The notes: generated by a model not told the origin, from the letters alone. A stretch of DNA of 64,000 nucleotides from Acidimicrobiia bacterium (GCA_036396535.1 DASWKR010000058.1:5411-69410), one strand, 5' to 3'; numbered from the stretch's first letter, positions 13,240 through 23,560 are shown. Made by a program: numbers and translations.

Positions 13240-14274
13240 TCAGGCCGACCTCGCTCGCTGGTACGCATCGAGGTAGCGGAAGAGCACGACCGGCCGGTCG
13301 TAGGCGGCGACCGTGGATGCCGCCCTGGCACGCAATGCCGCCGCAGCGGCATCGTCGGTGAGCAGCCGGGCGATCGCCCGGCCGAGCGCCCCGGCATCGC
13401 CGGGAGGGACGAACTGGGCGCCGTCGCGGGCGACGGCCACGAAGGCGCGCAGCCCGGAGGCGACGACGGCGCAGCCGGCGGCCATTCCTTCGGCGACGGT
13501 GATGCCGAAGCTCTCTCCTCCGAGGTTCGGCAGCGCCATCACGGCAGCCGACCGGAGCACCTCCCGCTTCTCGTCCTCGCCGATCCTGCCGAGGAACTGC
13601 ACGCCCTCCGCGTCGTTCCCCGACGCGCCTGCCACGACGAGCTCCGCATCGGGGACCGTGCTTCGCACGATCGGCCACGCCTCGAGCAGGACCCCCAGGC
13701 CCTTGCGCGGCTCGTCCCTCCCGAGGAACACCACCCTGGCGGCGTGCCGCTCGACGCGTCCTGAGCGATACGCCGCGACGTCGATGGCGTTCGGGATGAT
13801 CTCGGCGGCGATGAGCGACGCCACGGCCTCCGCGGCCAGGTCACTCACGGCCGTGGCGACGTCGATGCGCCCGGCGGTCGCTCGCAGTGCCCTGCCCGAC
13901 AGTCTGAGCGCCCGCCTCACGAGGCGGGACGGGTCGGCGTGGAACGTGCCCACGACGCGGCCGGATGCTCGGACCGCCGCCAGGCCGACGACCGGCATGA
14001 ACGGCTCGTGCACGTGGACGACGTCGGCGCCGGCGACCGCCTCCCGCACGGCGGCGACGACCCTCGGGTCGATGGCGATGGGGGCGATGGATCCGTTGGC
14101 GCGCACCGGCAGCGTCCTCCCCACGAGCCGCGCATCGTTGGGGCCCTCGACGCCGGGTCCGACGAGCCACGCATGGTGGCCCGCTTCCTCGAGCCACGCC
14201 ACGAGCTTGATCGCTTGGTCCTGGACGCCCCCCGGCCTCCCGAGGTCGTACGGGCACACCACGGCGACCCTCAT
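13240..14274 (-). CDS. pimA: phosphatidyl-myo-inositol alpha-mannosyltransferase (GT4)
   Basis: VVCPYD..PGGVQ, HVHEP, GRDEPRKG and GGESFGI motifs; pgsA-patA-pimA synteny. Confidence 0.9.
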   Translation of the reverse strand: MRVAVVCPYDLGRPGGVQDQAIKLVAWLEEAGHHAWLVGPGVEGPNDARLVGRTLPVRANGSIAPIAIDPRVVAAVREAVAGADVVHVHEPFMPVVGLAAVRASGRVVGTFHADPSRLVRRALRLSGRALRATAGRIDVATAVSDLAAEAVASLIAAEIIPNAIDVAAYRSGRVERHAARVVFLGRDEPRKGLGVLLEAWPIVRSTVPDAELVVAGASGNDAEGVQFLGRIGEDEKREVLRSAAVMALPNLGGESFGITVAEGMAAGCAVVASGLRAFVAVARDGAQFVPPGDAGALGRAIARLLTDDAAAAALRARAASTVAAYDRPVVLFRYLDAYQRARSA

Positions 14275-15155
14275 CCAGGCTCCTCGTCGCTCGGCCAGTT
14301 CGGCACGAAGAGATGCCACTGCTCCGGGGCGACCCGGATGATGCCCTCGAGCGCTGAGGCGAACGCCTTGACACCGCCGGCGATCCGCTCCTCTCGGGTC
14401 GGGGCGTCCGGTATCACGATCGGCTCGTGGATCACGAAATCGTGGCCCTTGCCCTCCTTGAAGTACGACCCGACGGGAAACAGCGCCGCACCGGTCCGCT
14501 CGGCGAGCGCCACCGGCCCGGCCGGCATGGTGGTCTTCTCGCCGAAGAACTCGACCTCGACCCCTCTACCCGTCACGTCGCGATCGGCGACGAGAGCCAC
14601 CGTCCCTCCGTCACCGAGGCGCCGCATGAGGGCTGCGGTGACCTTGGCGCCGGTCGATGCCACCACGACGTCGATGCCGACGGCCCTCCTGCACTCCACG
14701 AACCAGTCGACGATCCGCTGGTTCGAGAGAGCTTCGGCGGCGGCGAGGACCGGGAAGCCGATCGCCTCTGCCTTGGCCCCTGCCGCCTCCCAGTTGCCGA
14801 TGTGCGGCAAGGCGAAGATGACGCCGCGGCCGGCGTCTCTGGCGGCCGTGGCGTGCTCGACGCCCTCGACGTCGGCGTGCTCGACGAACTCCGCCTTGCG
14901 CCGAGGAGTGATCCAGAACAGCTCGGCCCAATACCTCCCGTAGCTGGCGAACATGCGCCTCGACAGCGCGACGACGTCCGCCGACTCGCCGACGACGCGC
15001 CTCAGGTGGCGTTGCACGAGCGCTCTCCGTTTCGGGGCGAGATGCCACAGCAGCCGTCCGAGGGCCTCGCCGCTCCTGCGCATGGCGGGCTCCGGCAGCC
15101 TGCTGAACACGCCGGCGATCGCACGGTACGCCAGGTAGCCGGGAAGATCGCTCAC
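14271..15155 (-). CDS. patA: phosphatidylinositol mannoside acyltransferase
   Basis: SYGRYW, LPHIGNWE, LVADRD and PEQWHLFVPNW motifs; synteny. Confidence 0.88.
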   Translation of the reverse strand: MSDLPGYLAYRAIAGVFSRLPEPAMRRSGEALGRLLWHLAPKRRALVQRHLRRVVGESADVVALSRRMFASYGRYWAELFWITPRRKAEFVEHADVEGVEHATAARDAGRGVIFALPHIGNWEAAGAKAEAIGFPVLAAAEALSNQRIVDWFVECRRAVGIDVVVASTGAKVTAALMRRLGDGGTVALVADRDVTGRGVEVEFFGEKTTMPAGPVALAERTGAALFPVGSYFKEGKGHDFVIHEPIVIPDAPTREERIAGGVKAFASALEGIIRVAPEQWHLFVPNWPSDEEPG

Positions 15156-15739
15156 GACGAGAGCTGCTGCCAGGTGTGGATGACCCGTTGGGCGACGGTG
15201 AACGCAGAGAGCACCGCGAAGATCCACAGCATCGGCAGGAGCACGGGCACATCGAGGCCGAAGAGCCCGATGCCGACAAGAGCCAGGATCATGCGCTCCG
15301 CCCGGCCCATCCAACCGCCCCGGCCTTCGGCGCCCCAGCTCTCAGCTTTGGCGCGAACGTACGGGGTGAGGAGCGAGAAGGCCAAGGCGAACATGGTGAG
15401 CATGAGCGCCGTCTCGTCCGTTCGCTGCGAGAACGCCAGGCCGGTCCAGATGGCGGTCTCGCCGAAGCGGTCGGACATCGTGTCCACGAACGCCCCCCGG
15501 ATCGATGCCGTCCCTTGGAGCCTGGCCAGCGGGCCGTCGAGGGCGTCGAGCAGAGTCCCGACGCCGGCCACGATCGCCCCTGAGAAGAACCGCCCGGCCG
15601 CGATGAGGACCGCCCCCGAGACGGCCACGATGAGGCCGGCGAACGTCACCATGGTCGGGGTGAGCTTGGCCCTTGCCAGCCAGGAAGCGACGGGATCGAG
15701 TATCGGTGCGAGCCGGCTGCGGCCCCTCAGGTCGAGCAC
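15152..15739 (-). CDS. pgsA: phosphatidylinositol phosphate synthase (CDP-alcohol phosphotransferase)
   Basis: DALDGPLAR...GAFVDTMSDR motif; synteny with patA and pimA. Confidence 0.9.
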   Translation of the reverse strand: MLDLRGRSRLAPILDPVASWLARAKLTPTMVTFAGLIVAVSGAVLIAAGRFFSGAIVAGVGTLLDALDGPLARLQGTASIRGAFVDTMSDRFGETAIWTGLAFSQRTDETALMLTMFALAFSLLTPYVRAKAESWGAEGRGGWMGRAERMILALVGIGLFGLDVPVLLPMLWIFAVLSAFTVAQRVIHTWQQLSS

Positions 15740-15903
15740 ACGGCCCTCCTTCCGAGGCGGAAACCTACCACGGGCGCACCAGGCGCCTTCGCCCGACCCG
15801 CCCGCCGGCGCCCGATTCGGGCAGGCTCCCCGCAGTCCCGCGCGACCGCCGTGTATACAATCGGCTCAGCACGTTGTCGAGCTGGAGGGAGCGTCACCCG
15901 GCG

Positions 15904-17196
15904 ATGGATCAGGCAAAGGTCACGTTGCAGCTCCCTGACGGCGAACACGACCTCCCCGTCGTCGAGGCCTCCGTGGGCAGTGACGCCATCGACATCTCGC
16001 GGTTGCGCTCGGACACGGGCCTCATCACCTACGACCCGGGCTTCGCCAACACGGCGGAGACCCTCAGCTCGATCACGTACGTGGACGGCGACGCCGGGAC
16101 GCTTCGGCACCGCGGCTACGAGATCGAAGACCTGGCGGTGAGCTGCACCTTCCTGGAGGTGGCGTATCTGCTCCTGTTCGGCGAGCTGCCGAACCGGGCG
16201 CAGCTCGACGAGTGGACGAGGAGCATCCGCAGCCACACGCTCCTCTCCGAGGAGATGAAGCGCTTCTTCGATGCTTTCCCGCGGAGCGCCCACCCGATGG
16301 CGATCCTGTCGTCGGCGACGAACGCCATCTCGACGTTCTACGAGTCGTACCACGACCCGAAGAATCCCGACGGCGTGGGTGAGAGCGCCAAGCGCCTCAT
16401 CGCCAAGATGCCGACGATCGCAGCCTGGGCATACAAGAAGTCGATCGGCCAGCCGTACGTCTATCCGCGCAACGACCTGACGTACGTCGAGAACTTCCTC
16501 CACATGATGTTCGCCCTCCCCGTCGAAGACTTCAAGGTCGACCCGGTCGTCGCCAAGGCCCTCAACGTCCTGCTCATCCTGCACGCCGATCATGGCCAGA
16601 ACTGCTCGACCGCGACGGTGCGGTTCGTAGGGTCGAGCCAGGCGAACCTGTTCGCCTCGGTCGCGGCGGGCATGAACGCCTTGTGGGGACCGCTCCATGG
16701 CGGCGCCAACCAAGCCGTCGTCGAGATGCTCGAAGAGATCCACCTCGACCCCGCCGCCACGGTCGAGAGCGCCATCACCCGGGCCAAGGACAAGGACGAC
16801 CCGTTCCGCCTGATGGGCTTCGGTCACAGGGTCTACAAGAACTACGACCCGAGGGCGAAGATCCTCAAGAAGTTCGCCGACGACGTGCTCGCCACCGTCG
16901 GCGAAGACGACCCGCTCCTCGAGATCGCCAAGAAGCTCGAGTCGACAGCACTCGAGGACGAGTACTTCCACGAGCGGAACCTCTACCCGAACGTCGACTT
17001 CTACTCGGGTCTCATCTTTCGGGCGCTCGGCTTCCCGATGCGCATGTTCACGGTGCTCTTCGCCATCGGGAGACTCCCCGGCTGGATCGCCAACTGGAAG
17101 GAGATGAGCGCCAACCCGGGCAACCGCATCGGCCGTCCCCGCCAGGTGTACACCGGGCCTGTGCAGCGGGACTTCGTTCCGATCGCGGACAGGTAG
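15904..17196 (+). CDS. gltA: citrate synthase (type II)
   Basis: TYDPGF, LHADH, GPLHGGAN, MGFGHRVYKNYDPRA and YPNVDFYSG motifs; -10 TACAAT near 15856. Confidence 0.96.
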   Translation: MDQAKVTLQLPDGEHDLPVVEASVGSDAIDISRLRSDTGLITYDPGFANTAETLSSITYVDGDAGTLRHRGYEIEDLAVSCTFLEVAYLLLFGELPNRAQLDEWTRSIRSHTLLSEEMKRFFDAFPRSAHPMAILSSATNAISTFYESYHDPKNPDGVGESAKRLIAKMPTIAAWAYKKSIGQPYVYPRNDLTYVENFLHMMFALPVEDFKVDPVVAKALNVLLILHADHGQNCSTATVRFVGSSQANLFASVAAGMNALWGPLHGGANQAVVEMLEEIHLDPAATVESAITRAKDKDDPFRLMGFGHRVYKNYDPRAKILKKFADDVLATVGEDDPLLEIAKKLESTALEDEYFHERNLYPNVDFYSGLIFRALGFPMRMFTVLFAIGRLPGWIANWKEMSANPGNRIGRPRQVYTGPVQRDFVPIADR

Positions 17197-17209
17197 CCGA
17201 CGGCGCCGG

Positions 17210-17707
17210 TCAGTCGTCGGCTCGCTCGACGATCGCCTCCGTGTACGTCTCGACGACCTCGCCCGACAAGGCGTCGACGCGGACCAGCCCCCGCTTCGTC
17301 GGCGGATCGTCCGCCGAGAACACGAGCACGTTCCACACCGGTCTTGCTCGCCAGCCTTCGAAGCTCATCGCAGCCGAGGCATGCCCGACAGGAAACTCGG
17401 TCGCCCGGTTGGCCGTCTCGAGCGCTCGGTCCTCTCTCACGGCGAGGTGCCATGCGGTGATCGCGTGGTACGCCGCCAGGGCCCCGAGGCCGGCGGCTGC
17501 CACCCCCATCCCGCCGGGGAGCCCCACGGCGATCCCCACCGCGACGAGCAGAGCAGCCCCGAGGTACACCAGGCCTGCGCTTCGCCTCCTGGCAGGCTCG
17601 GGGACTGCGTACGGTCCGTAGACGTCCGAGTCGAGATCCTCCGGCACGGCGGCATCCGCCGCCACGTCGTTCGGGATCTCGAGCCGCGGGATGCGCTTGT
17701 CGGTCAC
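17210..17707 (-). CDS. hypothetical membrane protein (2 TM plus PepSY-like C-terminus)
   Basis: GTGA overlap with the MMPL stop; two hydrophobic helices; ends in GLVRVDALSGEVV. Confidence 0.75.
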   Translation of the reverse strand: MTDKRIPRLEIPNDVAADAAVPEDLDSDVYGPYAVPEPARRRSAGLVYLGAALLVAVGIAVGLPGGMGVAAAGLGALAAYHAITAWHLAVREDRALETANRATEFPVGHASAAMSFEGWRARPVWNVLVFSADDPPTKRGLVRVDALSGEVVETYTEAIVERADD

Positions 17708-20430
17708 GACGCCTCTCGCTGGGGCTCCATCGCCTCGCGGTAGGCGACCTCGTCGAAGGAGCGGGAGCCCTTCTTCTCGTGCCAGCGGTCCCATGTGAAG
17801 AGCATGGCTGGCAGGACCAGGACGGCGGCGAGCAGCGCCAGCAGGATGGTGTAGGCGGTGACGAACCCGAACTGCCGGAACGGGATCGTCGTCGACGTCA
17901 CCAGGATCCCGAAGCCGGCGATGGTCGTGACCGCCGACCCGGCGAGCGCCCCGCCTGTATGGGTCAACGTCGACTTGATCGCATCCGCCGACGACTCGAA
18001 CCGCACCCGCTCCTCCAGGTAGCGGTGCGTGATGTGGATCATGTACGGGATGCCGATGCCGATGGCGAGCGCCGCGATCGTGGCAGTGACCGGCCCGAAC
18101 GGGATGCCGAACAGCACCATGAGGGTGAACGACAGGACGACGACGAGCACGACGGGAAGCGTCGTGATCACTCCCAGCATGGGCCTGCGGGCCTCGTACC
18201 AGAAGTTGGCGACGAGGAGCACGAGGGCGGCCAACAGGGTGAGCAGCAGCGACGACACCTGAGAGTCCCGCAGCGTGGTGACGACGACGTCGCCGATGAT
18301 CTCGTCGGACGTCGCCACGACCGAGAGGCCCTCGCCGGACATCGGAGCGAAGTCTGCGAGCACGTCGTCTCGCAACTGTCCGGCTCCGGCCTCCCCCGCC
18401 TGTGTGGTGACGTCGAAGAGGAGCCCGTCATACGAGTCTCCCGAGCGATTGAGCACGGCAGCCATCCCGTCGGGCGCCGCGGTGTAGGCCGCGTCGTATA
18501 TCGCGGCCACGTCGGCCCCATCGCCGACCGTGAGGTCCTCACCGGCGCCGGCGGCCTCGAGCGCAGCGCCGACGCCCTGGTCGAACGTCGGGGATCCGTC
18601 GGCGGCGAGCGGAGCGATCGCCGCCAGCGGCGAGCTCGCATCCGGCTGTCCCCCGAAGGTCACGACGTTCGGGGTGTCGAGCAGGTTGCCGTTGGCGACG
18701 ACCATGGCGTTCCAGGCATCCACCGTCGCGACGTCGCCCTCGACGAGGACCTGGGTGCTCTCGCCGAAGCCGCCCCCGAAGTCGATGAGGAGGGCCTCGA
18801 ACGTCTGCCGCAATGGTGACGTGGTCGGGATGAAGTCGATGAAGCTGAACCTCGTCTCGAGCTGGGTGACCCCGTACGACCCGATGACCCCGAGGACCAG
18901 GGCAACGACGAGCGTCGGCACTGCCAATCTGGTCGCCAGCCCCGACGTGCTACCGATGACCCGCGGCAAGGTCTTCGACTCACCGCCGACGAGGCTGGCC
19001 CGGTCGAGCCTGTCGCCACGCTCGGCACGCCTGTCGAGCAGCTGGCGGACCGCCGGGACGAACGTGAGCATGAGCAGGAACGAGAACACGATCCCGACTG
19101 CGGCCAGGAGCCCGAACTCCCGGAGCGCCGGCAGGTCGTTGGCGACGTTCGTGAGGAAGCCGACGGCTGTTGTGATCGTGGCAAGGACCAGGGCCACCCC
19201 GACCGTACGCACCGCGGTGGACATGGCGGCGTCGACCGACGCCCCTCTCGATACCTCGTCCCGGTACCGGGTCGTGACGTGGATCGAGTAGTCGACGCCG
19301 AGACCGATGAGCAGGATCGGCAGGATCTGGGTCATCGGGCTGGCGTCCGTGAACATCAGATAACCGACGCCGTTCATCCACTGGATGGCGATCACGATCG
19401 TCACGAACGTCACCACCGTGTCGGCGACCGTTCTACGGAGGCGGTTCGAGGCGACCGACCACACGATGAACGTGGCGACGACGATGAGCGCCACGGAGCC
19501 GAGCAGGGCGTTCGAGTTCCAGTCCTTCCATGCGTCCGGGAATGCGCTGTCGAGCACCGTCGCCAGCGTCGGCAGGATCGAGACGATGGTGGCGGCCACC
19601 ATGGCGACGATTCCGATCCTGATGAGCCACACGTTGCGGGCCCGCCGTGGCGTCACGAGGAAGACGAGGGCGAGGACGAGGAGGATGATGAGGGCGGCGG
19701 TCGCGAAGAGCCGAAGGATCTCCGTCTGGAACTCGTCCTCGTCGGCGAACAGCAACTCGAACGAGAACGGCTGGGCGGAGAAGCCGTCGGGGACCTCCAC
19801 CGCCTCTATGTCTGCGGCGACCTCGGCCGACAGGTCCACGAACGGCTCGATCTCGAGGCGAGCTGCCGCGTTGTGGAAGAGGAGGACGAGACCCGTGTCG
19901 CCGGTCGGCGCCCTGGGGTCGGAGGATGCCGAGAGCAGCTGCGTCATCAGCCCTGCCTGCTCACCCGGCAGCTCTGCGACTGCCGACAGATACGCCTCAC
20001 GCAACTCGTCATCGCTTTCCGGAGCCGGGGACCCCTGGGCGATCGCCTGCTCGACCGGTGAGAGGAAGCTGACGATTCCCGGCTGCTGCGGATCCTGCAC
20101 GAGGTGTTCGGCGAGCGGCCCGGATTCGACTGCCTCTCGGACCGCTCGAACGGTTGCGAACCCCTCCGTGGAGAACAGGTCGGCGCCGTCGGGTGCGCTG
20201 ACGATCACCTGCATCACCCCGACCGACGAATCCTCTCCGAAGAGCTCGGAGATCCGGTCGACGGCCGCCAACTCCGGCGCATCGGGGGCGAACGAGTCGT
20301 TCGAGTCCTCTTCGGGCTGGAACTGGCCTGCAAAGCCTCCGAGAACGGCGGTGAGCACGAGCGTCACCGCGATGACGATCCAGGGGAACTTCCTCACTGC
20401 CGTGGCCAGTCCGTTGACGAGCGTCTTCAA
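17704..20430 (-). CDS. MMPL/RND family transporter
   Basis: Duplicated architecture, ILLIGLGVDYSIH and LAIGIGIPYMIH TM4/TM10 motifs, two large extracytoplasmic loops; TTG start. Confidence 0.9.
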   Translation of the reverse strand: MKTLVNGLATAVRKFPWIVIAVTLVLTAVLGGFAGQFQPEEDSNDSFAPDAPELAAVDRISELFGEDSSVGVMQVIVSAPDGADLFSTEGFATVRAVREAVESGPLAEHLVQDPQQPGIVSFLSPVEQAIAQGSPAPESDDELREAYLSAVAELPGEQAGLMTQLLSASSDPRAPTGDTGLVLLFHNAAARLEIEPFVDLSAEVAADIEAVEVPDGFSAQPFSFELLFADEDEFQTEILRLFATAALIILLVLALVFLVTPRRARNVWLIRIGIVAMVAATIVSILPTLATVLDSAFPDAWKDWNSNALLGSVALIVVATFIVWSVASNRLRRTVADTVVTFVTIVIAIQWMNGVGYLMFTDASPMTQILPILLIGLGVDYSIHVTTRYRDEVSRGASVDAAMSTAVRTVGVALVLATITTAVGFLTNVANDLPALREFGLLAAVGIVFSFLLMLTFVPAVRQLLDRRAERGDRLDRASLVGGESKTLPRVIGSTSGLATRLAVPTLVVALVLGVIGSYGVTQLETRFSFIDFIPTTSPLRQTFEALLIDFGGGFGESTQVLVEGDVATVDAWNAMVVANGNLLDTPNVVTFGGQPDASSPLAAIAPLAADGSPTFDQGVGAALEAAGAGEDLTVGDGADVAAIYDAAYTAAPDGMAAVLNRSGDSYDGLLFDVTTQAGEAGAGQLRDDVLADFAPMSGEGLSVVATSDEIIGDVVVTTLRDSQVSSLLLTLLAALVLLVANFWYEARRPMLGVITTLPVVLVVVLSFTLMVLFGIPFGPVTATIAALAIGIGIPYMIHITHRYLEERVRFESSADAIKSTLTHTGGALAGSAVTTIAGFGILVTSTTIPFRQFGFVTAYTILLALLAAVLVLPAMLFTWDRWHEKKGSRSFDEVAYREAMEPQREAS

Positions 20431-20497
20431 GAGTCGATTCCTCCGGTTCAGCGGGTGATGAGCCGGGCAGGTTAACGGTGCCTCGGGGTCTACCGGC

Positions 20498-22435
20498 TCA
20501 CCGGGGCGGCTTGCACAGCTCGGTCAGCTCGGCGATGGCTTCGTCGAGCGGAACGCCACGCCGCTCGCTGTCGTCGCCCCGCACACGAACGCCCACCGTG
20601 CCCGCTTCGACGTCCCTGTCGCCGACGACGATCACGGCTGGGTGCTTGGAGGTGATGGCCCGGCGGATCTTCTCACCGACCGTCTCGTCCGACTCGTCGA
20701 CCTCGGTGCGAAGCCCGGCGTCGATCATCCCGGCGGCCACCTCGGAGGCGTACCCGTGGTGGCGGTCGGCGACCGGGACGATCGTCGCCTGGACGGGGGC
20801 GAGCCAGCCCGGGAGGGCGCCTGCATAGTGCTCGATGAGGATCCCGATGAAGCGCTCCAGCGACCCCATCAGGGCGCGGTGGATCATCACCGGTCGCTCC
20901 CGCGAGTTCTCGCCGGTTGCGTACAGCAGGTCGAAGTTGTCCGGCTGCCCGAAGTCGACCTGCAATGTCGAGAGCTGCCAGCGCCGCCCGATGGCGTCGC
21001 GGATGTGAACGTCGATCTTCGGCCCGTAGAAGGCCGCCTCGCCCTCGGCCAACTCATGAGGGATGTCGGCTTTGACGAGCGACTCGCGCAGAGCCTCGGT
21101 TGCCCTGTCCCACATCGCCAGGTCGCCCATCCACTTGTCCGGGTCGCGAGTCGACAGGTCGGCTTCGAATTGGTTGAAGCCGAAGTCCCGCAACACCATG
21201 AGCGTGAAGTCGAGGAGGTTCTGGAGCTCGTCCGGCACCTGCGCCTCCTCGACGAAGATGTGGGCGTCGTCCTGGGTGAAACCGCGCGCCCGCAGCAGCC
21301 CGTGGAGCACACCCGAGCGCTCGTAGCGGTACACGGTGCCCAGCTCGAAGAGGCGGAGCGGCAACTCGCGGTAGCTCCTGCTGCGGCTCCGGTAGATGAG
21401 GATGTGGAACGGGCAGTTCATCGGCTTCATCCGGTACTCGGTCTGCTCGTCGAGCGTCATCCCCGGGTACATGCCATCCGCGTAGAAGTCGAGGTGGCGG
21501 GATGTGTTCCACAGCTCGGCCTTGGCGACGTGGGGCGACGCCACGATCTGGTAGCCGTGAGCGAGGTGGGTCCGCCTGCTGTAGTCCTCGACGGCCTTGC
21601 GCAGCAGCCCGCCCTTTGGATGCCACACGGCCAGTCCTGCGCCGAGCTCGGCCGGGAACGAGAAGAGCTCCTGCTCCACGCCGATCCGCCTGTGGTCGCG
21701 TCGCTCCGCTTCCTCGAGCCGGGCCAGGTGGTCGGCCAGGGCCGCTTGCGACTCCCAGGCCGTGCCATAGATGCGCTGCAGTTGCGGTTTGTTCTCGTCC
21801 CCTCGCCAGTAGGCGCCGGCCGTGCGCAAGAGCTTGACGGCTTCGATGCGTCCGGTGGACGGAAGGTGCGGGCCCCGGCAGAGGTCTACGAAACCGAGGT
21901 TTCGGTACACGGAGACCTCGGAGCTTCCGGCGCCCTCGTCCTCGTCGACGCCTTCGATGATCTCGGTCTTGAACGGCTGGTCGGCGAACACCGCCAGGGC
22001 CTCGTCCTTGGAAAGGACCTGCCGGTGGAACGGCTGGTCCTCCTCGATGATCTCGGCCATGCGACCCTCGATCGCCTCGACGTCCTCGGGTGTGAACGGG
22101 CGGCCGATGTCGAAGTCGTAGTAGAACCCGTCCGTGATCGGCGGCCCGATGGCGAACTTGGCGCCGGGATGAAGATCGAGCACGGCCTGCGCCAGCACAT
22201 GCGCGGCCGAATGCCGGATGACGTGGCGGCCTTCTTCGGAGGACTCGGTGATCACCTCGAATCGGCCGCCGGAAGCGATCTCTGCGGCGAGGTCGAGCAG
22301 GGCGCCGTCGACGGACACCGCCACGGCCGCATCGGCGAGGCGGGGGCCGATGCTGCGCGCCACCGTCAGACCCGTGACACCGTCATCGAAGGCGTGAACG
22401 GATTCGTCCGGGAACGTGAGGTGCACGGGCAACAA
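20498..22435 (-). CDS. thrS: threonine--tRNA ligase
   Basis: TGS domain, RHSAAH, DLCRGPH, KPMNCP, RGFTQDDAH, AFYGPKID and IHRAL motifs. Confidence 0.98.
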   Translation of the reverse strand: MLPVHLTFPDESVHAFDDGVTGLTVARSIGPRLADAAVAVSVDGALLDLAAEIASGGRFEVITESSEEGRHVIRHSAAHVLAQAVLDLHPGAKFAIGPPITDGFYYDFDIGRPFTPEDVEAIEGRMAEIIEEDQPFHRQVLSKDEALAVFADQPFKTEIIEGVDEDEGAGSSEVSVYRNLGFVDLCRGPHLPSTGRIEAVKLLRTAGAYWRGDENKPQLQRIYGTAWESQAALADHLARLEEAERRDHRRIGVEQELFSFPAELGAGLAVWHPKGGLLRKAVEDYSRRTHLAHGYQIVASPHVAKAELWNTSRHLDFYADGMYPGMTLDEQTEYRMKPMNCPFHILIYRSRSRSYRELPLRLFELGTVYRYERSGVLHGLLRARGFTQDDAHIFVEEAQVPDELQNLLDFTLMVLRDFGFNQFEADLSTRDPDKWMGDLAMWDRATEALRESLVKADIPHELAEGEAAFYGPKIDVHIRDAIGRRWQLSTLQVDFGQPDNFDLLYATGENSRERPVMIHRALMGSLERFIGILIEHYAGALPGWLAPVQATIVPVADRHHGYASEVAAGMIDAGLRTEVDESDETVGEKIRRAITSKHPAVIVVGDRDVEAGTVGVRVRGDDSERRGVPLDEAIAELTELCKPPR

Positions 22436-22610
22436 TTCATCCTTCCGGTGAGGCGTCGGCGGCGGCCGGGTCGCTCACAGCCCTTCCGTCGGTGCGGCCG
22501 AGCCGTCTCGCCAAGGCTAGTTGGGGCGGCAGTCGCCCAGGACAAATGCCGCCGCGCCCGACCGGGCCGTGACACAATGAAAACGGAATCGACGAGAGGG
22601 ACTTCACTCC

Positions 22611-23471
22611 GTGGAACCGTTGGAGCTCGCCGACAGACTCGCAGGTGGTGGACGCGTCCAGGAGCTGACGAGCATCGACCGCGTCCTGGGAGTGAATCGA
22701 ATCTACCGGCTGTGGACCGATCAGGAGAGCCGGATCGTGAAGATCTACGGCACGCCTGCCCGGGAGCGCAGGGAACGGCACGCCTTGGATGCCCTCGGGC
22801 ACCTCGACGGTATGCCGACCGTGCTCGACCGGGGCGCCGAAGGCGACCTCCAATGGGTCATCTTCGAGGACGCCGGCCGGTGGAACATCGGGTCACTGCC
22901 CGAGAACATCGGCATCGCCAGGAGGGCGGGCGAGATCTTGGCGAGGATCCACGAGTCGGAGTCCGCTCCACTGTCGAACCTGTCACGGGGGATCGACCAG
23001 GAGTGGGTGACCGTCGACTTCATGTCGACGTTCCGCCGCCTCGAGCGTTACCGAGGCAAGATCGGGATCACCATGGACCTCATCGAGCAGGCGCGCCGGG
23101 TGCGCCCGCCGTACGCCTCCGAACCGCGGGTGGCGCACACGAACGCCGTGCCCGAGAACTTCCTGGTGGACGACGACGGCAACGTGACGCTCATCAACTG
23201 GGAGTGGGCCACTCTGGCGCCCCCGGAGTGGGACCTGTCGAAAGCCATGTGGCTCTCGGGCCTCAAGTCGGGGCAGACTGCGTCGCGTGGCCTCCAGGAG
23301 GGCTACGGGCGGGCGCTCGAGCCGGAGCAGCTCGACCGGTGGACGGTCTATCACGCCGGCATGATGCTCGTGTTCGAAGCCGAGAACACGATGCGCACCG
23401 ACCTCGACGAGTTCGACTACCTGCTCGCCGAGCTGCAGCGGGCCGTCACCGCGGCGGCCAGCGCAGACTGA
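22611..23471 (+). CDS. aminoglycoside phosphotransferase-like (APH/ChoK fold) protein with degenerate catalytic motifs
   Basis: IVKIY, RERHAL, HTNAVPENFLV (HxDxxxxN-like), LINWEWA and PEWDL. Confidence 0.8.
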   Translation: MEPLELADRLAGGGRVQELTSIDRVLGVNRIYRLWTDQESRIVKIYGTPARERRERHALDALGHLDGMPTVLDRGAEGDLQWVIFEDAGRWNIGSLPENIGIARRAGEILARIHESESAPLSNLSRGIDQEWVTVDFMSTFRRLERYRGKIGITMDLIEQARRVRPPYASEPRVAHTNAVPENFLVDDDGNVTLINWEWATLAPPEWDLSKAMWLSGLKSGQTASRGLQEGYGRALEPEQLDRWTVYHAGMMLVFEAENTMRTDLDEFDYLLAELQRAVTAAASAD

Positions 23472-23560
23472 GCATCCGCGCCTGTGGGCGGCTCGGAAAT
23501 CCGCGAAAACCCAGCTTGTCGTCCCTACCCTCGGGACTCCGGACGAGCAACGGAGTGGAG

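Noticed and set aside
22436-22610. Possible T-box upstream of thrS
   Set aside because: No T-box consensus visible in the short divergent spacer
20642-23560. 1038-aa plus-strand ORF
   Set aside because: Antisense to thrS and off-frame to the APH-like gene; only the last 65 codons look real and are reported separately
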